Assembly (NCBI GenBank): GCA_965213685.1
Contig: CBDBZY010000064.1
Location: 96,001 to 160,000 of the forward strand
Direction of reading: 5' to 3'
Origin: a bacterium
GTDB lineage: Bacteria; UBA8248
Length of the DNA: 64,000 nucleotides
Shown: in pieces, positions 1 to 14,300 of the stretch
Layout: each line of letters opens with the position of its first letter
Numbering within the stretch: the stretch's first letter is position 1
Translations under genes and position numbers: made by a program
The notes under the pieces: generated by a model
Seen by the model: only the letters and a program-made list of their open reading frames with translations
The model's database searches: none
What the model was told of the DNA's origin: nothing

Positions 1-58
1 TTCCAATGTACACGCACTATGGGAGTGTCGGCGCCATCCCTACACACCGACTCTCTGA
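1..58 (-). mobile_element. 5' end of a non-autonomous Helitron family A copy (extends out of the window)
   Basis: Matches 7800-7865 and 63392-63459 (gccatccctaca...gactctctga). The empty paralogous site at ~61660 (tagaata|taaggttttg) shows insertion between A and T on the minus strand. Confidence 0.75.
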
Positions 59-329
59 TAAGGTTTTGTAACAGGAAAAGTATTGCTCCATTAACAATGA
101 ATTTGAGATATATACTAGAAACATATAGCAGTACACATTAAGGAAATGTACTTTCTTCGTTAACCCTTTCCCTCTTGTAATATCTGTATTTTTTCCAGTG
201 TTTCTGTGCATTAGCTACAGTGCTGAAAATGAATGTGCTGTGAATGACATGATGTCTCCACATTGAAATATTTCCATTGAAAAAGAGGGTTCATGATTGT
301 GGGTAGAATGGGCCTGTAAGTATTGTGTT

Positions 330-772
330 TTTTTTATTATTATTATTTTTTTTTTTTTTTAATTATTGATAGGAGTATATATGCAGGTAGCATGAAAGCT
401 AGTAGTGCACTCCAACGTATACAGAACAGAACAGAAATTACATGACTACATATGACAAAGCATGCTTAAACGAGGTGAGACTAGGGGAGCCAGTCACAGA
501 GGGTGGGAGGGAGTTCCATAGAGTAACTGCATGTGGAGCAAAGGAACACATAAGATATGTTGTATTTGAGCTGTATGGCAGTAGTTGGAGGGGATTGTAG
601 TTTCTTGTACGAACAGAAGAGTTCCTGTACACAAAAATTTCAGGAGGAAAGTACATGTCCTCATTTAGAATTCTATAGACCATGCAGAGCTTGATGTAGG
701 TTCGTCGTGACTGAAGTGTGGGAAGGTTCAATCTCTTCAACAGGATTGCATACGAAGATGTCCAGTCTTTTA
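330..772 (-). mobile_element. 5'-truncated LINE (CR1/L2-like) 3' end with poly(A)/(AAT)n tail
   Basis: ORF 438-740 (LNLPTLQSRR...SFAPHAVTLWNSLP...SLTSFK) is a typical LINE ORF2 C-terminus. Poly-T/(tta)n lies at ~330-365. The segment is absent from the paralogue at ~61908. Confidence 0.8.
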
Positions 773-947
773 AGTCTTTTTTTGTGTTAACCCTTTCACT
801 GCTTTAAATGTCATTCGTTACTACATTCACAATAAAAACGTTTGACAATGATGTTTGTTATGTGAGGTTGTGTCAAGGATTAGTTCCTGGACGTTGGTCA
901 AGGGAAAAGTAACGCCTAGTAGAAATTGCGTGCACATGTGCGTAATT

Positions 948-1554
<607 letters not shown>

Positions 1555-2754
1555 TTATTTCAATGAATATTCATCAAAATAACGTACGTGATGACCCTTC
1601 ACGTCACTACCTAGGCTCCATTTGGAGCCCACCACCACTTCACACATACATATGTGGCCGGATCATCGTCTGTTGCACGTAGTTCTCCCTCTCTACTCCC
1701 TGAGAAAACGATTGTCAAGCTAACAATTATTTATTGGCTCCCTAAATACTTGGACAGCTGCTTCCCGATATAATTTTCAGCTGCTTCATTTACACCAGAC
1801 CGTCTCAGTTGAAAGTGTGGGAGATGGATCGTTTTTGCGAAAGCTCAACCCGTTCTTCTAGAAGCGAACTCCAGCAGCCCTGGATATTGAAGTTTAGTGT
1901 AGCTGGCTATAAGCCTCCTGTACAGAGTCGAGCTCCGCACTCGCGGCTGCCGCTGACCATAACCGCTTATAGATATGGTGGCCCCGAATAACACTGTCGT
2001 ACTAGTAAGCAGCTTCATCCGCCATTGATAAACTCGCACGTTACTCTAGCTGGCACGTGCAAACGTTAACATAATTATACCGGACACGTGACGAACCCAA
2101 TTTTTCTATGATCCTAATTAAGCCGGACAGCGGTGAATATAATTCTTTTCTGACGTAGTCTCGTCCCGACCCTCACGTGCGCCCCCCGAACGACCTATGA
2201 CGTGGCCGTCCGGAATGTGGGATGGCCACAATCACAGCGCAGCATTCTTCAATTCTACGTTCCTTAGTTAGGTCTTTGCCTGTTCAACATTCATTCGTCC
2301 TTTTTTTACTTGTTACCTGCATTTGTAGTCTTTGTATACCCTGCCTTGCCTATATATTTATACACGGGCACAGTAAAAAGAGATACATGTAGTTAAATCA
2401 TTTGTTTAAAATAATTTCTTACGGTAGTTAATCCTCGGCGCGCATGCGCCAGAGTGATATTGTATTTGTCCCCTATTTGTGTGTTTGTCCGCGGAAGCTA
2501 ATCTGTGGACTGGCGCTTGTAGACGTGTACCCCTTGTGCACATGCATCCCATCTCAAAAGTATGGGAGAAACAACTGAGATATCCATACCAACGTTAAAA
2601 CTAACCATCTCTTCCTTCCTGTGTATCATGTCAATGGAGAGCTACGTATGATATGCGTATGCAGCAGGTGGTAGGTTCAGCACTGGATTTTTGAATAATA
2701 ATTACCTCACATCAAAGTATACAGTCAATGCATAAAGGCATCTTGAAAAATATC

Positions 2755-4495
2755 TAAGACATTCTACAACAGTTGCATTTACTAGTAACCTCTTGTGTGG
2801 ATATGTCTGTTTACCGACTGCGAAAGTCTTGTAGCTCTTGTTTCAACACTGGTACAAGGTCAGTGTGCTGGTGAGATATTTCTTTTGGATCAGCTACAAA
2901 ATTGTCACTTTGTATATTGCCTTTATCGTACTCAACAACAAGTTTTTGTGAATCTCGTAATACCGCACCATAGAAATGTGAGTTTGAATCTCCCTTTGTA
3001 ACGTGAAAGGTAAATGCAATTGAGCTATTGTGATGATTGACATGTTCTTTGAGAAATGGCAGGATAGAAGCAGTCTATTGGTCAATCTTGTGGAGGATCA
3101 ATGACAAGCACTTAATGCCATACCGGTATGTTTCCAGTAAACCTCTGATTCTCCCTATTACTTGATCCATTTGTGATATAGCTCCATAGTAACACCTTCT
3201 GAGTAATCTTGTTTTTTGTACATAGTGTAGTAGGGATCAAGAGCATAGTACACACGATGCACATCATGAAATGCAAGTACGACAAAAAAGGCTTTTCACC
3301 AAAATGCGATTCTTGTAGGATTTTCTCAAACATGTCCACAAGGCTCCAGTTACAAAGTCATTGTAGGCCTGCAGTGTTTCTGACTCCATATACATGTAGT
3401 GATAATCTCTGCAGGATTTGTACGATCTCTTCTGAAGAGTGCAACTGAAGTGTTTAGAGCATAGACAGTTAGGTGCTACTGAGGGTGAGTCTCTGTCAGT
3501 TATTATTGTTATTATATCATTATTATTGCTGTAAGAATAAGATATCAGCAATCTCAAGCTCCATCATAAGGGGTAGCATGTTAAGACTTAATTAGCAGGC
3601 AATCATGATAATTCATTGATGCATCATCCATAATGAACTTTGTTGCTCTCCGTTTGAACGGTTTCTAAGTTTTTTATGTCTGTTAAAAGATGAGGGTGCC
3701 ACAGTGGTGAAGTTTGGAGTGAGCAAATGAAAGATAAAGTGAACACTTGACAAATCTGGGAGATCATTGATAAAAATTATCAAGAACAATAGTGGACCAA
3801 GTATATACTGCCTTGAGGTACGCCTGAAATTACAGACAAAGTAATAGACACTGACTAGCCAACTGCCACATACTGAGTTCTATCTGCCAGGTAGGCTCAA
3901 AAACCATTCCCACAGACTGCCAGTGATTCCAAAATGCCAAAATTTGCATAGGAGCTCATTGTGGGCAACTGAATCAAAGGCTTTTCTGAAGTCCAAGTAA
4001 ACCACATTAGATTTGTTGGATTATTAATGAGAGAAAAAGTAACTGTTGTAAGGTGGAATGTCCCTTTAGGAAACCAAATTGGACTGTTGACACTGAACTT
4101 CTCACAAAGTCTATCATGCCACTGTAATGCCATTGTAGACAACCTTCTCTAGGAGACTGTCTACAATTCTACTACCCTACTAATATGGGCCTAGTTCTTT
4201 TCATCATTTTTATTGCCAGATTTAAATAATATTAAGTGCTTACTCCACTCACGAGGCACATAGTGTTGAGATAAACTCAAGGAGAAAAGGTGATACAGAG
4301 GTTGATATAAAGGAAGTGCATAGTGCTTCAAGAGTTAATTTAGGGCTGATTCCATCACAATATGCACAATTGAGCACATCTAGAGATGACAAGACATGAG
4401 ATGAGTTACTAACCACTGGTCAAAACCATGCATGCCAGGATGCAGACACAGGCCACTTCTTGTCACCCCCTTCAATAACTTTCAAATCACCAACA
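2755..4495 (-). pseudogene. Degraded arylsulfatase copy 1, with deletions and a LINE insertion
   Basis: 2755-3500 and 4403-4495 align to the intact sulfatase at 48593-50278 (e.g. gtagtagggatcaagagcatag, accatgcatgccagg). Multiple frameshifts and deletions; the N-terminal catalytic region is missing. Confidence 0.85.
3500..4402 (-). mobile_element. Decayed LINE fragment inserted in sulfatase copy 1
   Basis: Minus-strand RT motifs NQFGFLKGHST and DVVYLDFRKAFDSV...WHFGITGSLWEWF (~3900-4085), C-terminal MLPLMMELEIAD, and an (AAT)n-like tail at 3500-3527. Confidence 0.7.
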
Positions 4496-6270
4496 TAATA
4501 TCATGCAACAAGCCACTCAAAGTTTGGCAGCATTCGCCCTTGGAACATGTGAGTTGAAATGTCATGTGCTCTTGTCTCTCTAGCTGGTACTCTGCACTGG
4601 AACTGAAGTAGACTCTGTAATATGTGCCACTCTCTTTGGTCTCATTGAGGGAGGGGGTAAGGGAGGGACAGAGGTATGAGAGAGAGGGAGGGAGGGGGTA
4701 TAGTGACTTGAGTATTATGTGGAATTGTGCAATGCTGGGATGTTTATGGGCATGCCCCCCCGAAGTTATTGGTCCTCTGAGACAGATTCTGATACAATGT
4801 GTGGGGGGAAAACCTATTTCACAGAGTCCTTATTATCAGGGAGTGGGTACACTTTCTTTGTAGGGATGGTGCCAACACACCCAATGCATGTAGCTACATA
4901 CAAAAACATTTTCCAAACTCACAACTGCTTGTGCTCAAGTTCACGTTCCCCCTCCCCTTCCCCTCGATATTTCCACCCCTGATTGACTACTGCAACCATT
5001 TCCTGTGATGTGCTTGTTTCATCTACACACAAAAGTGTAGAAGTGGGGTCTATCTCTGCATTGCTTGAGAAGTTGCCATAGTTTGCCACTGCCAACAAAT
5101 TAATGATATTCACTTGTTCAACCACAATTTGTAGCTGGAAAACCTGCTTGTTTAAACATAAGGTGTTTTCCAAAAAAATTCATAAAGTCCCAAAAAGCAA
5201 GGACATTAAACCATTGCGTAGGATATGTACACTATTACTGTTACAATGGACATGTGTACAAGTAGTGTCTGGGACACCACCAGGTTTTACCATAACGTTC
5301 AATAGAATTTTAGGAGTGAGACGAGTGTTGTGAGTACAAGTGAATGACCTTCAACAAATGTTTTGAAGACACCTGTCTGATACTCTAAAGTGTCACACTG
5401 TGGCAACATGCAGGTATGAAGAAAGTGCTTGGCCTGTCTCAAAGTGTAGCGGAGGAGATTTTTGTTGTGAACATGGGACTAACTATAACACACAATTTGC
5501 ATAAGCATTTTTTCTTCATTGTATTGAGTACAGAGTCCAGTGTATAGCTCATTTATCTTGGGACGTTGGGAACTGTCTAGACAACAGTCCCCAAGATAAA
5601 TTAGCTATACAGTCTAGACAGTTCCCAAGATAAATTAGCTATACACTGGACCCTCTATCCACCTCACATGTTTCTTGATGTTCTTTAGTTATACACTCAC
5701 AGTAGAGTCAGCACCACAAGTATAATTTAACTATACTGCATGGCTGGAATCAATTTGCGAACAGAATATTGGTCAAAAAGAAGCCACTGTAGTGGCAGGT
5801 TGTGGCAACTGCTAAGCAGATTTTTGGGTACTGCCCTCTATGTTCCTCTTTTTATTCTATTTTTTTACTGCACTTTACCCTAATTAAGAATCAATTTATC
5901 ACATGTTCACTGAGTCATGCATCCGTGGTTGTTGAGTGAGCAAGATGACAATAGCATGCATGAACATATATGCAGTTCCATCCTTTATGTCTGATGTCTA
6001 CCTCAACAGGAGGTGCATCTCTTCAGCAGTTTTGGCATCATATATACAGAAGGCATTAAGCTACATGAAGGTAGGCAAAGCTTTCAACATGCACAGAAAA
6101 ACTACCAGTATATACCAAGGGTACTGTGAGTATTGCATTTACAGGTGGTATTATTTGTGTTAGTAAGTGAATGTACCAAATACAAAAGAACTATGATATT
6201 ACAAAAAATATTATTACAAAAAGTATGTGGTTCATTACAGTGATGACTCATGAGCTGCATACTGACGTTC

Positions 6271-9202
6271 TTATGGCAAGTTAGGAAGTGTTCGATACAA
6301 TGTGAAATTCTGCAGTCTATCTGGTAGTGACTCAGATATACCTTTGGGTTGTCGATGAAATACAGCTGAGATAATGTTGCAAAATTTTGTTCTCACTAAG
6401 TGTATATGTCCCAGCATGTGGTATCCTAGAGTAGATAGGGCTAATATGTGTGGTAATGTAGCCAGTGATGTAAATACTATTGCAAGTGAACGGTCAGTAA
6501 TGATATGACCATCCAACCAAATAACAACAATTCCTGATAAAAAACCAACAATTGCAAAGTGAAATGTGAGAGAAAAGTTCATGTACAATGTTTTGAAAGG
6601 CCTAATGCATGCAATAACACCAGAAAGACATAAGAATGAAAAACCAAAGGATGCATGAATGTATACATGCCACTCAAATATACAAGTATGAAAAACATTT
6701 TCCAAAAATGTAGAGGGATGTAGGGATGGCAGTGCCAAAAACCACAGAAACTAGGTGTAGAGATGGCAGTGTACAGGCAAGACAGGATATAAAAAGACTA
6801 CACAAGCAACCCCATCTCTACATCTTTCTTTTTCCTTGAAATTGTTCTGTGAGTTTAGCTATGACAATTCTGGGAACATCAATGCCATGCAGTGAGAAAA
6901 AAGAAAGATGTAGGGATGGGGTTGCTTGTGTAGTCTTTTTATATCCTGTCTTGCCTGTACACTGCCATCTCTACACCTAGTTTCTGTGGTTTTTGGCACT
7001 GCCATCCCTACATCCCTCTACATTTTTGAAAAATGTTTTTCATACTTGTTTGTGTACTTTTTCTTGTACAATAGTACACAAAATGTTCTTACAAGTTTCA
7101 ATCAAAATCCAAAAAAACATATCAGTGATCAGAGCAGCCATTGCTACTAGTCAGCGGCGGAGATACGAGTGGGTCTGTCACTTACGAAGTTGGGAGCCTG
7201 GCTGAGCCCCTCTAAAAAGTCCTGAGCTAGAGTAGTTTCCTCAGTGTATCTGACTAGCTAACTCATACCAGTTACATTAACGTTCGTTGTACAATCGTAC
7301 GGCGAAGTAAGAACGCGCTCTTTTCAGTGACAAAAGACGAGTAGCCTTGGCCATCGAGAAATTAATAGGCGTGGCTTCGCGAGGCCCGCCCTCACGTGCT
7401 TACAATTTGCGCCACGTGACAATAATTATTAGAAAATGGCTTCCAAATATGGTAAAGTTGTCTGGGGTTCTAGATTCTGCCCATAGTAGAGAAGATACTA
7501 ACATTTTGTTAGCAGAGATCATACTTCGTAGTGATTACAGTAGATCTGTGAAAGAACTATGGTGATTACTTCAGCCAGTTTCGAGTAAAGTCGTTTGAAA
7601 GAAATCTCGTAAGAAGAAGAAGAAGAAGAAGAAGAATAAGAAAGAAAAACAAAATCACCTTTCGTCCATTATCTGGCAGTAAGTCAAGGAATGAATTATA
7701 GCTACTTGTGGGGTATCGTTGGGTAGAGAAGCGGTTGAATAGGCCATTCGCGTGCCGAGAAAGGCTTAAAACGCGAGTATTCGCGAGTTAAGAAGGCTTT
7801 CCAATGTACGCGCACTATGGGAGTGTCGGCGCCATCCCTACATAGAGAGTCTACCGACTCTCCGATTATGGGTATATAAGTTACCCATTGGTACTATAAG
7901 TAAAATCAACCACATTGGTGCTGATGACAGGAATCTGAAATCAAATGTTTTGTTCATTCCATCCTTGTAGCAGCTTTCAAAGGTTTCCACAAATGTGTTG
8001 ACGACTAGTTGTGTTCTTACACCTAATAGGCAGCACTTAGTGAAGATTCTACTGCGGTATAGGCATAAAAATATTGTAGGGCACAAGCCAAGGAAGAACA
8101 GTAGTACTGTTGCTGTGACTACATATGGGAGGTGCTCTGAACTGAGACTCCTTATAGTTGGATCAAGGACCAGAACAGTACTTGTGATAGTCCCATTCAT
8201 AATCCACACAGGAGTTGAAAAGGTCAGACTAGCTGACGTAAAGCAGAGGCCCCAAAATGAAAGAAAAAAGAATGTTGCATATGCATGAACAATGGAGTCA
8301 CTAACGCTCCATTTCCTCCTCATTTTTACAAAACATCTGTGGAAAGGCTTCCAGAGGTAAACTGCCACTCTGAAGTTTCGTGAACGCAGTTCAATGCACA
8401 TCCAGGATACAAAAATCAGCAGAAGTGGGTATATAACATAAATGTACTGTAACAGAACTACTTGCAGACTCGTCATTCCTTCGTGAAAACACAGAGGTTT
8501 AAAAATGTATATAAAAGTTTGAAAATACCACCAAACCTCTGAAAATGAGAGTGAAAAATGCAAAGCAAACCTGCCACAAGTACCCATGCTATCATACATG
8601 GAGTAATAGAATCCACTGTATATTTTTGCAACTACCACATAGCCCTGACAAAATAATACACACCCCAGAGCTTTCCCAGATGCAAAGTTTAGACAAAATG
8701 TGATGACAAGGACAAAGAATATGGTTATGGGAAACATTATCAGCAGTACAGACACACCAGCAGCAAATAGGCTGCTGCACTTGGTGCACTGACTTATCAA
8801 AGAATTGATGGCTACACCATGTCCATTCTCACACTGGCCACACAGCAAGCCTTGCAGGTGATGGTCCTCACATGCTTTATTCAGTTCTTTAGGTCTCCTA
8901 GGCAGGGTAGTAAATGCTCGGATACTCTCTTGGTAACTGGTGAGATTTGGTGTGTATAGATAGCCACAATATCCCATTTGCAGCTCTTGAGATATGTTAT
9001 CATAAGTCATACAGAAGTTCATAGCAATTGATACCCTCTGGTTTTCTTTATCACACCTGATCTGTCCTCCAAGTTCATCACCACATTCACAGGATCCATT
9101 AGCACTCTTTTTGAACCAAGTGGGGCAATGGCTGACTGCAGAGCTGACTGCCACTAGCAGAAACAGACATAAAGGTAAGGCCCGACTTATTGCTAGCTTC
9201 AG
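6271..9202 (-). pseudogene. Single-exon Cys-rich ectodomain + multi-TM membrane protein gene, interrupted by a Helitron
   Basis: ORF 7838-9154 (CPTWF..CEC..C..CMTYD..GLLCGQC, then TM helices) and ORF 6271-6681 (RPFKTLYMN...LPDR) join in frame (HN|IFEW) after removing 6683-7865, giving ~582 aa. The signal peptide LKLAISRALPLCLFLL begins at CTG 9202 with no in-frame ATG. Confidence 0.8.
6683..7865 (-). mobile_element. Complete 1,183-bp non-autonomous Helitron (family A)
   Basis: 5'-TC...CTTG-3' ends, inserted between A and T with no TSD; removal restores the host ORF. 5' hairpin gagagtc/gactctc, 3' hairpin acatttt/aaaatgt, subterminal inverted repeat tgtagggatggc. Confidence 0.85.
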
Positions 9203-10574
9203 TTCTCACTGCTATTCTGTACAATAATGGAAGCTATATACTGAAACTGCCTGTTTATCAAGAGCTACCCAAGGTATACATGCAAAACGAAAGTTTACAT
9301 AAATCATAATGTTCACAATTTTCACTCTCCAGTACTCACAAATGTTGGGGGGCCATGTAAATTGTACTCTTAACTACTACAAACTTTATCTGAGCCACAG
9401 GATAAGGCAACATTGTGATTGTGTAGTACAGCCGTTTGAATGCTCTTTGCACCTCCTATACTGCAGATGAAACATGGAAGTAATTAATTAGAAGTCAATT
9501 AGTTTCTGCAAGCTGTAGATATGCAACCCACATAACAAACATTTTTGCTAAAGAAAAGTCCTATTTTTCAGTGCAAAAATTTTGGGAAATACTACAGTAG
9601 TGATTACAGTCAACCCTGGTGGAGCCAGGTGGGGGCAAAGCCTCCTCATCAGCGCTCCCAACTTCAACCCTCTCCTGCGACTTGGGCAGGTATCCTCTCA
9701 GTCTCCTCTGCAGCTAAGTGCTGTTTTATAAGAATGAGATGTGGACAACTGATATGCCCAGGACACACCGTCACTTTCTGCTGCCATGGAAAGTTATATG
9801 GCTTGTCTTCTCTCTTCTCCTTTTTCACTTACCCCTTCCTCACTTGTTCTCTCCTTCAAACTTCTCTAAATGAAGCTGCCCCGCACCTGCCTATTGACAA
9901 CAGGTACACACTCCAACAGAGTAGACATGTCCATGCAGTACCATTCACAATACGTAGTGCATACTATATACCATTCACAGTATGTGTGCATGCATGTTCT
10001 ACATTCCAATACATGTGCATGCATGTCCACATATTGTGTACACCAAATGTTAGAACATACATGTATATGCCCAGTCACATGCATTAATATATAATACAGT
10101 CCTCTGTCGACTCTCTCCTCACTTCAGTTCCATAAGCACAACATGAGGGTGGTGACACCAAACCCTCATTATACGCTGTGGGCAGATACGAAATCTTTTG
10201 TTTTCTCACAACTGCAATTAACATGTTCTAGAAGGGACACTAGTGTGTCCACAAGATATTGCTTTCAATGTTTTTCCATGCACTGATAGGGCAACTGAAA
10301 AATTTGACCATCTGAGGTGTGGTATCCTTTGGCCATACAGCTGAAACTCAGGGCCGTATCTCTTCACAGAAAATATCAAGGTGCCTCCCCTCTTCCAAAA
10401 CATCACTCTGTTTCCTTCATCCCTCACTCCCTCCCACTCTTTGTCTGCCTCTCTGCCTCCCACTCTCTTTCCGTGCCTCCCTCCCCTCCTTCCCTTCCCC
10501 CCCCCCCCCCCCTTTATGGTGCGATAGTAGAAATAAAACAGGAGAAAGTGAAAGTGTCAGCGGGCAAGCAGCCA

Positions 10575-10627
10575 AACGATGGGCGGGCTGGCACCAGCCC
10601 TAGATAGAGAGTCTACTGACTCTCTGA
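10575..10627 (-). mobile_element. Diverged orphan 5' end of Helitron family A
   Basis: ccctagatagagagtctactgactctctga|t matches the family A 5' terminus and the A|T junction. Confidence 0.65.
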
Positions 10628-10943
10628 TAAACACACAGGCTTCTAAACATGTATGTGTACTAAAGCACCATTTCATAAAATGAACATGAACTAATTTACG
10701 TGTTGCATTTACTGTTGAAACAGAACTTCTGGATTACTATGCATAATATGTAATATCTCCAAAATACAAACTACATATTATGTTCCGTAGCTGACCTAAA
10801 TCTTATATACAGTTCTGTGGAATTGCTAACAGTGGCTCACCTGATAAATTTGCACACTCGCACAGTACAGTAATGCCTTCAGTGAGCAGTGAGAGAGAGA
10901 GAGAGAGAGGGGGGGGGGGGGGGGGGGGAAGGTTGTCTCATCC

Positions 10944-11332
10944 GGCAGGACGACCATAAGACATGATTTTGCCTGATTTATGTTTTATTGTATTCTCCTA
11001 ATGATGTCTGTTAGCGAAATAACGTAGTTTTGCGTGATATGTCGGTTCATAGAATTATAAAATTTACGCAATATCCATATCGCTAATTATAGAAAAAAAA
11101 TTTGCCAATAACGGTTGCATGCTTAGTAATCATCCACCGAAGTTTCGTCTCTGCAGCATTAGCCGTTATTGGCAAATTTTTTTCTATAATTAGCGATATG
11201 CATATTGCGTAAATTTTATAATTCTATGAACCGACATATCACGCAAAACTACGTTATTTCGCTAGCAGGCATCATTAGGAGAATACAATAAAACAAAAAT
11301 CAGGCAAAATCATGTCTTAGGGTCGTCCTGCC
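10944..11332. mobile_element. Fold-back of two right ends of the 575-bp TTAA element
   Basis: 10944-11115 is the reverse complement of ~11160-11332; both match the 3' part of 28127-28701. Confidence 0.85.
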
Positions 11333-11333
11333 T

Positions 11334-14300
11334 TTAAGAGATTTTTTTCAAACGGCCTACGTCAAAAGTGGCAGAAGTTATAACCGTGATTTTTCCACCA
11401 GTCGCTTTCATTCCTGTGTGCGCAGTGCCTTTTCCTGGCAGATCAGTCGTATCTTTCGGTTTTGACCTGGTGGAACTGAGAGTTCCAGCTACGTGTAAAG
11501 GCCATTGGACGCCATTAACGTTGCACCACGTGACGTTGAAGGTGACGTAATTTAATTGCTTACCCGCAATGTATTATAAATGTGCGTGGATCATACCCCG
11601 GCAGCAGTTTTGTCTTCTGTTTGGAGTTGTTCGTACCCGTTTCTCTACGTATTTGTTGACAGGTCGTGTGTACCATCTATCGCAACTGTCATTCCGCAAC
11701 TGTCATTTCGCTGAGGGAACGCGTCAAGACGAGGCCTGTTTGCGAGCCTACGATCATCCTTTTCATGCCCCTCGCTGGAGACCTTTTCCGATTCCTGCGT
11801 AAGTGAGAATGTAATGGTACACTCTCGTTTTCAATGGGTACTCGGTGATAGTCGTTTGTTACCGACAATTTATTTTATAGTCCGTCGAGTTCATCTCTTC
11901 CCGTTGGACACGTTTGTGGAGTTCCACAACGTAAGTTACAAGTATATACATGTCCATTATATAATATGATTGTTCATGTACACTGTACGTATTCAGTGAA
12001 TACTGATTGCTACACTTCTGACACTGACAGTGAGCCAATCAAGTCCATCAAGTCCATCTTCTGGTTGGGGTCTTGAAGTTGTGTGCAGCATCCCAGCCCT
12101 TCCTGACTATTTTGTCACAACCACCAAACCCTTCCCTACTGTTTTCTATTGTCTGTGAAAGCCCTGAAAGATAAATTGGAATACAAAGTAGTTTAAACGT
12201 GTGTGTAACAGACAAAGTTTGGGAAAGTTTCATTATGCCCACTTTGCAACGAAAAAAGAGGGCTTATCAGAAAATCCACTACAGAGAAAATGCAAACATA
12301 CAGCATGCAGAGCGTGGAAATCAGGCTACATACAATAAAACCTACTATGCTAAAAATTCAGAGAAATTGGAGAGCATGGCAAGGGGTGCTGCTAGGGCCC
12401 AGTATAGAGCGAACCCTCATAAGAAAAAGGCTTCAGCTAGGGCCCAGTACACAGCTGCACCCAACAAAAAAAAGGCTGCTGCTAGGGTTGCATCTCGCAT
12501 TTGTTATGCCAAAAATTACAATGCGAAACTAAAGTCATTTCGAAAATACTATGTTGATAACAAAAAAGATATATGCCTAGCTTGGAAAGCTAGGTACGTG
12601 TTGTCACCACCCAAGCCTGATGTAAGAGATCTATTTGAAGAATATACAGGGGAATTTATTGGGTGATTTTGGAGCTAGATCTGAACTTATGACAGCTTTC
12701 AAAAAGCTGCATAATGCTGACGATATAAAAAACCCTGTGTGCATGAAAGTTGTCTGTAGAATAGCAGCAAGGAGGCTGCTAAATAAGGCCTTGCAAATGC
12801 ACAAGGAGCATGCTGGCTGTCTCCTGAAGAGCATTAGAACTGTAAGGTCTCTTCAGGTTAAAGGAAGGCAGGATTTTGGTAAGGGATGTCATACCATGGG
12901 AACCGAGTACTTCTATGACTCATCTTACCAGCTGGTACAGAGAGATTTTGCCATACTCATTAACGACGCTGGTCAGTGTATTGTAGCTAATGAGATTGAT
13001 CCAGAGGAGGGCAGCAAGGGGATCAAAATGTGGGAGTGTTCCTGTGAGTGTAAACAGTTGACAGATGCAGAAGTTGCTGCAATTATTTCCTTCAGGGCAG
13101 CATTTGATGCACAAATGCAGGACCTTAGGCATGCCCTAGAAACCTGTGATGATGGTTGTGCACTAAGGTGCTGGAGCTTGCCCCTACTCGGGTGGAACTC
13201 ATGGATGATGGAAGACTTACAGATTATTGCCCTGTTCCCCTACAAGGTCATCCCTTGGTTTGCTCTAACCACAGTGGTTGCCAAAGTAAACTGAGGGTTC
13301 TAAGGGCAGTCTCAACCCATTACCCTGTGTTGAGAAAGTTCTTGCGTCAACTGTCCAGTGCTAGAACAAGCCATAGGTGTATATTTGACATTGACATGGC
13401 TCTGTGTGCTGGTCAGTATAGTAGGCTAATGGAGATCACCCAGAGTAATGGGTTTGGAAGCTTGATCAGTAATGATGTTGAAGCAAGCTATGAACAATGC
13501 ACAGATGTGGCAGATGATCAGTCCTTAGGCAGCCTAACCTAGAGGCACAGCCTTTGATCACTCATGCAGAGCTGATTAGTCAGCTCGAGAATGAGGTACA
13601 GGACTTTCCAGAGCATGCTTGCTGTAGCTGTGAGAGGTTGCACCAAAGGAAAAGTTTGACTAGAGTCAACCTGTCTGATGAGCTCAGCCATGATGTGTGG
13701 CCTCAGTTGAAGAGCTATATATTAGAGCAAACCCCAGATGCTGGTGACCATGTTCTGTTTATGTGTAAATACTGTAGGCATATGATTAAGCAGAACAAGT
13801 TTCCAGCTCGATGTGTTATCAATGGATTGCAGGTTGTTCCAATGCCACCTGAACTAAGTGCATTGGACTCATTGAGCATACAGCTAATCCAACGAGCAAA
13901 ATGCTATCAAACCATTGTTAGATTGGGTACATACACTGGTAAGGTCCCCATCTATAACTCCCTTAAAGCCTGTAAAGGTACAGTGTTTTTTCTACCTCTA
14001 CCACTGAACAAGACACTTGAAACTCTGGATCAGGTAATGCATGATGATTCTACCCTACCTGAGCCAGAGTTATACATCATTGTGAATGGTAGACCAACCA
14101 AGAGCAAAGTTGTGTGGCATAGTTTGGTTGATGTGAACAAAGTACAAGCAGCCATAGCAAAATTGAGGTGCATTAATTGGCTCTACAAGGACATGAGTCA
14201 AGGGTCAGTTGATACAGCAACACAGCACATTATAGAGGTTTCTAATGATCTAGTACCTCTGTGCTGGAGAAGGCTACCAAGGATGATCTTGCAGAATTTC

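Noticed and set aside
9545-10087. 180-aa ORF
   Set aside because: Non-ATG start, low-complexity (tacat/gcat-rich) 3' half, and no recognisable motifs.
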